DNA of 64,000 nt from Paraspadella gotoi (taxonomy: Eukaryota; Animalia; Chaetognatha): contig CM119271.1 in NCBI GenBank assembly GCA_051294375.1, positions 16,762,667-16,826,666 on the forward strand, read 5' to 3'. The notes under the pieces are model-generated. The model was not told the DNA's origin. It did no database searches and worked only from the letters and a program-made list of their open reading frames with translations. Made by a program: the position numbers and the translations under genes. Within the stretch, counting starts at the first letter, position 1, and every line of letters begins with the position of its first letter. Shown here one piece after another: positions 1 to 10,244 of this stretch.

Positions 1-452
1 GTCACTGACCACAACAAAAGCGACGACGACAATAATGCCGATAACGATTGACTTGATTGATTGATTGATTAAGTAATTAATTAATTGATAAATAAATTGA
101 TTGAATAATTTATTTTTAGATAAATAATTGATTGATTTAATAATTAATTGAGTTATTTATTGACTGATTAATTAATTATTGATTAATTAATTGAATAATT
201 TATTAAATAACTGAATAATTACTTGATTAATTAATACATCTTGTATTTACATTTAATATAAAAAGAAAAAGAAGCTTAATCAATTAGTGAAACAGGTGTT
301 TTGTCTTTTTCCATTTAAACTCATTTCCACTCAGACGATTCCATCGAAACTTGATTTCCAGTTTAATCACACACTTTTCTACGAACATACAAAATTTCAT
401 TCCAATTCATCCATCCAATCACGAGTAATTGGAATTTTTTGCTAAAGGACGA

Positions 453-483
<31 letters not shown>

Positions 484-645
484 GACGGACATCTTTTTTG
501 TATAAATTATCATACTTCGATTTTCTGACATAATATAGACAATGACAAGATTGAGGGGGCGTACCGACAGGCCGACAGGCGTACCGACAGGCCGACAAAA
601 TAAATTACAAAGCCGGGATCTGCTGATAAGCAGATCCGACTAAAA
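1..645 (-). mobile_element. Helentron-associated (HINE/DINE-1-like) non-autonomous element
   Basis: Terminal hairpin AAGCCGGGATCTGCTGATAAGCAGATCCGACTAAAAA at ~610-646, a (GACA/GACG)n tract at 447-490, a ~150-bp core (CTCATTTCCACTCAGACGATTCCATCGAAACTTGATTTCCAG) and an AT-rich TTAA/TTGA tail. The same architecture recurs many times in the window. Confidence 0.65.
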
Positions 646-729
646 AGACGCCAGCGAAAGTCACAAACAGAAATGGACAACATCAAATCCGTTGAGGAGA
701 GAGAGAGAAAAAGAGAGAGAGAGGAGAGA

Positions 730-791
<62 letters not shown>

Positions 792-869
792 CGGATGATA
801 AAGAATAGAGCAACGACGCATTCAGAGCGAAAATTAGTTTTTTTTGAAAAACGAATTCTTTGGAAGTAT

Positions 870-943
870 GAAATGAAGTGAAATGAAATGAAATGAAATG
901 AAATGAAATGAAATGAAATGAAATGAAATGAAATGAAATGAAA
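870..943. repeat. (GAAAT)n microsatellite
   Basis: Read directly from the sequence. Confidence 0.95.
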
Positions 944-1244
944 AGAGATGAAAAAATTAACCTAATTACAAGTTTTTGGAAAAATAAGGGCGTCCGTGGC
1001 TAACTGGATAATTTTTAATAAATTCTTTAATACTTCAGTTGTCAGTTTAAGATGATAGCGACAACGATGACGATGACAAATACTACGATGATGACAACGA
1101 CGAAAAAGACGATGACGACGAAGAATCAAGCGCTGAAGTAATAAATCCCTCGACCAACGAAGCTTCACGACGATGGGTGCATAACTAATTCTTGGCAATG
1201 GATGAAGATTTAGTCTTATTAAAAACTTTTAATCGGCTATAAAC

Positions 1245-1443
<199 letters not shown>

Positions 1444-1687
1444 GGCGCCGCAACAAATGCGATAATGACGTCGTTTGTGACGTCAACGTTAAACCCTAAA
1501 AATGTCGTCTTCATCGTCGTCGTTTTCGTCGTCGTTGTTATCGTCTTCGTTGTCGTTTTAATCTTCATTGTCGTTATCGTCGTCATTGTCGTCTTTCTAA
1601 TTTTATCACCACAATGTCACAAATCACAAATCAATTAATCTCTTTATAAATACAAATGAATCATTGATTGAAATTTAATAAGATAGT

Positions 1688-2815
1688 TTTTTAGTCGTAT
1701 CTGCTTATCAGCAGATTCCGACTTTATAATTCACTTTTGTCGGTCCGTCGGTCCCACCCCAAAATCTTGTCGGTAAATCATTTTTATCATATCAGAAACT
1801 CGAATTATGATAAATTATGCAAAAAAAATGATGTCTGTGTGTCCGTCCATCTGTAGTCGGGTATTGCCTAGGTTCACCCCGCCTAAAAGCATGACACCTG
1901 GTTCCAAGCCCAGGACCCGTTACATGGCTGCTAGAGGGGGTTAAAGAAGTTGCGGATATACACTCTTTAGCCCCACTTAACGCCTTTCCACACTGGAGAG
2001 CCCATCCTGTCAAGCGTATTCCAACATTCTGATTCCAGGCCCAATGACTTGCTGAAGATTGCTCCCCTCCCTCCACTGGAAGCAGTGCGGGGTGGGTTAC
2101 AATCTGGGGGGCATGTAGTCGGGCATTGATTAGGTTCACCCCGCCTTAATGCATGACACATTCAGACCACAAAGTACTGGGTTCAATCCCAACCTAGTAC
2201 CTACCCTGCGGGAAGCGTGAGGATGGCCGTAAGCCGCCTTGGGGGCGTGGAAAACACTCATGCCTGGTTCCAAGCCCAGGACCCGTTCCATGGCTGCTAG
2301 AGGGGTTTAAAGAAGTTGCGGATAGCACTCTTCTGCCCCACTTAGCCCATCCTGTCGATCGTATTCCAACCTTCTGTACAAATGAAATGAGTTTTAATGG
2401 AAAAAAAAACAAAAAAATATATTTCCTTATTTGAACGCCAATTACTCATAAGTGGACGGGGCGATTGACTTGAAATTTTCTATGTGGGTAGGAAAAGTGT
2501 ATGATTAAACTGGAAATCAAGTTTCGATGGAATCGTCTGAGTGGAAATGAGTTTAAATGGAAAAAACAAAAAACAAGATATATTATGCAAGATGTATTAA
2601 TTAATCAAAAAATTAATCAGTTAATTAATCAATTAATCAATTAATCAATCATTTAATTATTCAATCAATCAATTTATTTAGTTATCTATTAATTAATTTT
2701 TCAATCAATAAATTTAATTATTTAATCAATAAATCAATCAATCAAGTCAATCGTTATCGGCATTATTGTCGTCGTCGCCATCATCGTCGTCGTTGCTTTT
2801 GTCATTGTCAGTGAC
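1688..2815 (+). mobile_element. HINE-like element, inverted relative to 1-645 and interrupted by the 1852-2380 insertion
   Basis: Begins in a T-run with the hairpin AGTCGTATCTGCTTATCAGCAGATTCCGACT and contains a (GTCC)-type tract and core repeats. Positions 2740-2815 are the reverse complement of 1-70. Confidence 0.65.
1852..2380 (+). mobile_element. small LTR-like/TRIM-like element: two direct repeats (1852-~2031 and 2114-2380) around an ~80-bp spacer
   Basis: Both repeats start TGTAGTCGGG and the second ends TGTACA. A G-tract (TGGGGGGCA) lies just before repeat 2. B-box-like GGTTCAATCCC at ~2181. No target-site duplication (TSD) or clear primer-binding site. Confidence 0.5.
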
Positions 2816-2886
2816 GAAAAGACCTCAAACTTGTTAGTATTAGATTCCATCGGACGATCATCGTCATCATCATCATCGTCATCATC

Positions 2887-2944
<58 letters not shown>

Positions 2945-3251
2945 AAGAGCCCTCATTTTGTTTCCGCGCCCAACAATGAATAAATATAAAAACTGATGAA
3001 CGAAAAGCTGAAAAAAGACTCAATTTAAATTTATATTTTATGAAAAGTTGTTTTGTGAATTAGTTTAGCGGATCTTTAAAAAAATATGCTTATTGTTGTT
3101 CTTGATTTCTGAACCGCGAATAGAAATTTCGCGAAGACGTGTGTTATTATCGTGTCAATTTTCATAGTCTCTTTCTTTCTCTCTCTCTCTCTCTTTCTCT
3201 CTCTCTCNNNNNNNNNNNNNNNNNNNNNNNNNCTCTTCCTCTCGTCTCTCG

Positions 3252-3285
<34 letters not shown>

Positions 3286-3349
3286 TTCGTCTCTCTCTCT
3301 CTCTCCTTTTTCTCACTCTTCCTCTCCCTCTCTCCGCGAATTCCTCCTC

Positions 3350-4359
3350 AGTTCCTCGTTTCCCAAGTCGTAGTCAATTCTGCCCGAACTGTAAGTCCGC
3401 GGGGGGCGGGGGGGGCAAAGGGCGACGGCGGTCAGAACTCACCTAGGACGCCGCCCGCGCCGCCGCCCAGCCGCCGCCGCCGCTAACATGCCGCGCCGCA
3501 GCCAGCCTCGTTGCGCGAAAAAGTTTAATTAGGGAATGCAGACCCCGGTCGCGCATATAAATGAGTGCGGCGCTGGGAGTAGAGAGAGAGGCAGGTGCCA
3601 AGGGGATAGCGGCGGGTGCCTGGGAGGAGGTAGGAGATGATGGAGAGAAAGAGAGGCAGGTGCCAGGGAGGAGAAAGCAGGTTGCCAAGGAGATAGTGAC
3701 AGGTCCCAGGGAGGAGCGGTAAGACATGAATGGTGAGAAGAGAGCAGGTGACCGAGGAAGAGGAAGGTGCATTGAGAAGTGAAGGTACGATATAGGAAAG
3801 AAGATGAGGAGGGTAGAAAGAAGGAGGAGGAGGAGGAGGAGGAGGAGGGCGAAAGGTCTGCCCTGTTTCGCTGAAAACGTCCACAGCCGAAAGGGCGATC
3901 CTCTCTCAGTCGTCTCTATATCATCTCTCCCTCTCTCTCTCTCCCGTTATCTATCTCTCTCTCTCCCTCTTTCTCTCCCTTAATTTCTCCCCTCGTCTCT
4001 CTCTCGTCTTTCCCTCTCTCTCCGTCTCTCTCTCGTCTCCGGTCCTCTCTCTCTCATCTCCATCTCTCCGTCATGCTCTAGTCTCTTCCCGTCTAGTCTC
4101 TTCTCCTGGGGGTCTCTGCTCCCTATATCTCTCTCTCTGCCTCCTCTATCTCTCCCTCTCCTTCTCTCTCTCTCCCTCTTTCTCCCTCTCTCTCTCTGGC
4201 TCTCTCTCTCTCGCCTCTCGTCTCTTCTCCCTCTCTCTCCCTCTCTTCTCTACTGCCTCTCTCTAATCTCTCCTCTGCCTCTCTCCCTCTCTCTCTGCCT
4301 CTCTGCCTCTCTCTCTCTCTGCTCTCTGCCTCATCTCCTCTCCTCTCTCTCTCTCTCTC

Positions 4360-4391
<32 letters not shown>

Positions 4392-5732
4392 GACCGCCAA
4401 AGAGACAAACAGCCCAAAGCCACGCCTCTCTCCCCTCTTGTGAGGTCGCAAGGAGTCGGGGTTTACAAGTTGCTCAACTTGAAAGGTTTCACTAAAAATT
4501 ATTGTCACTTCTCTTAAACATTTATTTCTAGCTATTTAGTGAATTATTTTTCTTTCTCTCTTGAATTTATGCTTCTGATCCGTCAAATCAATTTTTTTTC
4601 ATTGATTAAAATATTAAATATTAAATTATCATTATCTTGCCCCTGACTTTGGGACGTGGTTAAAGCATTTCATATACCTCTTTTCAAGTAGTTAGGACTC
4701 TTTCAATCCTGCTTTGCAAGCTTTTCGATCAATTAATAGGAAGTCTCGAAAATCCAGAAAGATGGAATCAAATGGAATCGAATGGAAACCGCACCGGATG
4801 GAATCAAGCTTGAAAATAGATTAGTATTTTAAAGTCCGATTGATTATGTGTATACTTTTATTTTGGACACTTGAAACTATTTAATTAATTAATTAATTCT
4901 TTCTTTAACCTTTTCTGGCTGATAATGTCTTAAACTCTTACCAAGGTCCTTGCAGTAGTTTTTTCTTAAACTGACCGGTCGCCCACTCATATTCCTCGCC
5001 TCTTCTCTCTCTCTCTCTCATCTCTCTCGTCTCTCTCTCTTCTTTCCTCGTTTCCCAACTCGCCGCTACCAGCCCGCCGCAGCCAGCTCGTTGCGCGAAA
5101 AGTTAATTAGGGATGCAGACCCGGTCGCGCATATAAATGAGTGCGGCGCTGGGAGAGAGAGAGAGGCAGGTGCCAAGGGGATAGCGGCGGGTGCCTGGGA
5201 GGAGGTAGAGATGATGGAGAGAAGAGAGCAGGTGCCAGGGAGGAGAAAGCAGGTGCCAAGGAGATAGTGACAGGTCCCAGGGAGGAGGTAGACATGATGG
5301 TGAGAAGAGAGCAGGTGCCAGGAAGGAGGTGCATTGAGAAGTGAAGGTACGATATAGAAAGAAGATGAGGAGGAGAAGAAGGAGGAGGAGGAGGAGGAGG
5401 AGGAGGGCGAAAGGTCTCCCTGTTCGCTGAAAACGTCACAGCCGAAAAGGGCGACTCTCTCTCTCTCTCTATATCTCTCTCCCTCTCTCTCTCTCCCGTT
5501 ATCTATCTCTCTCTCTCCCTCTTTCTCTCCCTTAATTTCTCCCCTCGTCTCTCTCTCGTCTTTCCCTCTCTCTCCGTCTCTCTCTCGTCTCCGGTCCTCT
5601 CTCTCTCATCTCCATCTCTCCGTCATGCTCTAGTCTCTTCCCGTCTAGTCTCTTCTCCTGGGGGTCTCTGCTCCCTATATCTCTCTCTCTCTTCCTTCTC
5701 CTCTCGCCTCCTCCTTATCTCTCCCTCTCTCT

Positions 5733-5770
<38 letters not shown>

Positions 5771-6545
5771 CTTTCTCTCTGCTCTCTCTACTTCTCTCCT
5801 CTCTCTCTTCTTTCCCTCTCTCTCTCCTCTCTTCTCTATCCTCTCTCTAATCTCTCCTCTCCTCTCTCTCCTCTCTCTCTGCCTCTCTGCCTCTCTCTGC
5901 TCTCTCTCTCTTCCTCTCTCTCTCTCCTCTCTCCTCTCTGCTCTCCTCTCCTTCTCTCTCCCTCTCTCTCTCTCTCTCTCTTGACCGCCAAAGAGACAAA
6001 CAGCCCAAAGCCACGCCTCTCTCCCCTTTGAGGTCGCAGGAGTCGGTTTACAAGTTGCTCACATCTTAAAGTTTCACTAAAAATTATTGTCAACTTCTCT
6101 TAACATTTATTTCTCTATTTAGTGAATTATTTTCTTTCTCTCTTGAATTTATGCTTCTGATCCGTCAATCAATTTTTTTCAATTGATTAAATATTAAATA
6201 TTAAATTATCAATTATCTTGCCCCTGACTTTGGACGTGTTAAAGCTTTCATTCCTCTTTCAAGTAGTAGGACTCTTTCAAGCTTTTGCAAGCTTTTCGAT
6301 CATTATAGGAAGTCTCGAAATCCAGAAAGATGGAATCAAATGGAATCGAATGGAACCGCACCGAAATGGAATCAAGCTTGAAAATAGTTATTTAAAGTCC
6401 GATTGGATTATGTTGTATACTTTTATTTTGACACTTGAAACTATTTAATTAATTAATTAATTTCTTTCTTTACTTTTCTGACTGATAATTCTTAAACTCT
6501 ACCAAGGTCCTTGCAAGTAGTTTTTCTTAAACTGACCGGTCGCCA
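3350..6545. repeat. tandem duplication of ~1.5 kb (3350-4985 vs 5040-6545)
   Basis: Colinear text from TTCCTCGTTTCCCAA to CTTAAACTGACCGGTCGCC. Differences are mostly 1-nt indels, and the block is next to the 25-N gap at 3208-3232. Confidence 0.9.
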
Positions 6546-6578
6546 CCTTCCTCCCTCTCTCTCTCTCTCGTCTCTTCT

Positions 6579-6612
<34 letters not shown>

Positions 6613-7336
6613 CTCCTTTATCTCTCTCTCTCTCTCTCTCTTCTTTTCTCTTTCCCACAAAGAAAGTAAAATCACACCTTGTCATCCACCTTTCTCCTCC
6701 TCCTCCTCCTCCTCCTCCTCCCTCCTTTTTTTCCTTTCCTTTCCTTTCCTTTTCCTTTCCTTTCCTCTCCTTTCCTTTCCTTTCCTTTCTTTTCCTCTCC
6801 TCCCTTTTTCTTTCCTCAGATTGATCACCAAACCGGCTGCCGAATTCGTACCCAAGTATTTTTCCATCGCGTCCTTGGGTCCAACCGAATTTTTTTTTAT
6901 CCCCAATTCATATCACCAGTTTATATCCCCGTTTTATTCTCATTTTATCTCATCGTTTTTATTATCCGCAACACAAGGACAAAAATGCGTTTAACTCGGG
7001 TAATTTTTCATCAATTTGGTTAATATTTGGTATAAAATAAGATCTTTAATTTGTACTTGTGAAGTTATATATAAGTTATATATAAGTTATATTATCACAT
7101 TAAAGAGCGATCTCATGATTCTAGAAACGAAATCGGATCAACGAGGCATCGGCCAATAAGCAGATGGGCTTCCTTTCGCCTGTTAATTTTACCCTTACCT
7201 CCGATCCGATGGAACCGTATAAAAGAGAACCCGAAATTGTATTGATTCACTCTGCCCAAAAAAAATGACACCGTTTTGTATTATCGTTTATTTTTCTGAA
7301 GAAATAAAATCCACTTTGGTTTCGCCTAGAAATCCC

Positions 7337-7482
7337 TGTAGGGTGGACTAAAATCCACCAACCGTTCATCAGCGGTCATTGGTGCCGGAGGAAAGTCATT
7401 CGCCTCCCAACCCAAAGGTGCGCCAAGCAGTTAAGAGGGACGGGGCGCTTAACCCGCCTGTAACACGGTGTTACAGCCTGAT
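7337..7482 (+). mobile_element. tRNA-related short interspersed element (copy lacking the B box)
   Basis: Homologous to the reverse complement of 34148-34303 but missing CCTGGGTTCTAGCCCGGTGGT. Hairpins GGTGGA-CTAAAA-TCCACC and CTGTAACAC-G-GTGTTACAG. A mirrored copy lies at ~12202-12350. Confidence 0.6.
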
Positions 7483-8088
7483 TTCTACTGGTACGATTCC
7501 ATTGAAACTTGATTTACACTTGATTTCCACTGGTACGATTCCATTGAAACTTGATTTCCAGCATAATCACCTTCTTCTCGATCATATGATCAATTGTCCC
7601 GTCCACACATGAGTAATTGGCGTTAAAAGCCAAGGTCGGACGGACGGACGGACGGATTGACGGCTGGACGGACGAACTGATATCAATTTGATCATAATTC
7701 CAAGATCTGACAAGCTTTTGTGCTGGGACCGACCGATTAAAAACGAAATTCCGATGCAGTGCATGTAATAAATCATGTGATCACCCGGAAATATATGTGA
7801 AAAAAAGTCTGTGGCACAACAGACTTTGGGATTTCCCTTCTTGTGTTTTTACGGTTTTTATGTTCAGGTTTAAGGAAAATGAACTTTTTTGGTGCGGAGG
7901 AGAAAGTAATACGAGGCACAAACTTGTTGGCGTAGAGCCAACGCCATATTGGCAAGAGGCCAACAGGCCAACAGGCCGAATGAACACGTAGAGAAAAGCA
8001 GGCCACGGGGCTGATTGTACAATGAACAAGCATTGCAGAAGGACAAAGCCAATAAAGACAATGAAAACAACAGCTTCAATAAAGAGCA

Positions 8089-8215
8089 CGACGACAATAA
8101 TAACGACGACGACAAGGACGAGGACAACAACGACTACAACGACGACGACGACAACGACAACGACAACGACGACAACGACAACGACGACAACGACAACGAC
8201 GACAACGACGACGAC
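8089..8215. repeat. (ACG/ACA)n trinucleotide tract
   Basis: Read directly. The mirrored, longer and noisier version is at ~11183-11590. Confidence 0.95.
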
Positions 8216-8298
8216 CTCTTAAACTGAAGAATCGTCTCCCTTGTTTTTATCAGGTGATAAAATCTGGAGAAAGAGAAGGGAAAATAATAGGCCGTTCG

Positions 8299-8640
8299 CG
8301 CGGTGCCAGATTGCGGTGCCAGATTGTGAAGTCAGATTGAGGAGCCAGATTGTGAAGTCAGATTGGCAAGCAAGATTTCAGGGCCAGATTGCGGATTCAG
8401 ATTACGGTGCCAGATTGCGGTGCCATATTACGTTGCCAGATTGCGGATTCAGATTACGGTGCCAGATTGCGGTGCAAGATTGCGAAGTAAAATTGTGGAG
8501 CTAGATTGCAGTGGCAGATTGCAAAGCCAGATTGCGGTGCCATATTACGGTGCCAGATTGCAGAGCCAGATTGCAGAGCCATATTGCAGAGCCCGATTGC
8601 AGTCAAAGATTGCGAAGCCATTCTGATTCGGTCAGATTGC
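8299..8640. repeat. 13-bp minisatellite, consensus GCCAGATTGCGGT, ~26 units
   Basis: CAGATTG recurs every 13 nt. An inverted copy lies at ~10775-11093. Confidence 0.9.
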
Positions 8641-8798
8641 TTCAAATTAAGTCGCNNNNNNNNNNNNNNNNNNNNNNNNNTAAACTGCGGCGCTAAACCT
8701 TTGCGGACCTGAGTTGAGGAAGCGCAGTCCTTTGCATTCATCGTCGTTATTATGATAAACGCAATCTTTGGATGCTGGAGGGCTTGTCTCTGTCGTGA

Positions 8799-8834
<36 letters not shown>

Positions 8835-9283
8835 AGAGAGAAGAGAGAGAGAGAGAGAAGAGAGAAGAGAGCGTCTTGCGCCGCCCTCTTTTAATCTCAT
8901 TGCTTCCTCCATTTCTTAAACTCTCTCTACGCTCCTCCCCTCTCTTTCTCTCTTCTCTACAGTCCGCTCTCTCCTCCCTCTCCCTCTCTCTCATCTCCTC
9001 CGCATTCTGGCTTATTTAAGACTTCAATCGTCTCTTTTTTTTTCCGTTTATTTGTCTCATAAAAATCACTAAAAACATTTGGAATCGGAATTCGACTGGG
9101 AAAGCGCTAGGGTCTCTGCTCTCATCTCTCTCTCTCTCTCTCTCTTCTCCTCCTCTCTCTCTTTCTCTCATCTCTCTCTCTCCTCTCTCTTTCTCTCCTC
9201 TCTCTCTTTCTCTCCCTCTCCCTTCTCTCTCTCCTTCTCTCTTCCTCCTCTTCTCTCCTCTCTCTTTCTCTCTCTCCACTTTT

Positions 9284-9314
<31 letters not shown>

Positions 9315-9564
9315 TCTCCTCATCTCTCCTCTCATTCGATCTCATCCTCTCTCATTCTCTCTCTCTCACTCGCGATTTTTTATGGGTTTATCCGCCCCGG
9401 AAATCGGTGACCGCCTCCAACGGACCAGATCGACTTTCCGTCACTTTTTTTCCCTTATTTTCTTTTTTTCCTTTTTCTTCCCTTTTGTTTCTTTTATTTC
9501 TATTTAATTTTTTATTCACAGCTTATTATTCAGTAATTTCACATTGTGAGATGCGTTTCTATGT

Positions 9565-9607
<43 letters not shown>

Positions 9608-10172
9608 GAGGGCTTTAATCAGGTAGATTTAAAACGCTAAAATTCGTTACGCAAAAAGGCCCAATCGTCTAAATCACGTTTTTTCGAGATCCAAATTGGA
9701 AACGAGAGGAAAGATTTTTTTTCTGCGTTCCTCCAATCAGGAAGAGGCAAAGAGAAGAGGAGGAGGAGGAGAGGAGGAGGAGGAGGAGATAAAGAGAAAT
9801 TACAGAATTAAGAAATAAAAGAAATTTTATGTATAGAACGAATTAAGCATGTATAACTGAAAATGTGACTTATGGTTCAGTTCACTTTATTTTTCGTCCT
9901 TTACTAAATAGAGGTGACAATGAAGACGATGACGACAAACAGCGAAATGGCCGATAAGGCTTTTATGTTTGGCGGAATAAGAGACAGAGAGAGGGAAGAG
10001 AGTGAACTTGAATCAATTTAAAATTATGCTTAAATGGATTAATTAAATATGAAATATTGCCGTTTGTACTTTCAATCTCAGAAGAGGAAAGATACAATGG
10101 AGAAAGAAAAGCACTAAACAGCCGGCATACCGGCTGTTTTAGTATTTCTCAGATAGAGAGAGAGAGAATGAG

Positions 10173-10244
<72 letters not shown>

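Noticed and set aside
7305-7375. CTGATGA...GAAAC on the minus strand as a hammerhead ribozyme
   Set aside because: Stem II is not closed by a base pair, there is no UH after stem III, and the other copies lack the GAAA part.
8299-8640. CRISPR-like array or Cys-rich repeat protein
   Set aside because: Contiguous 13-bp units without unique spacers, no cas genes, a eukaryotic context, and a period that is not a multiple of 3.
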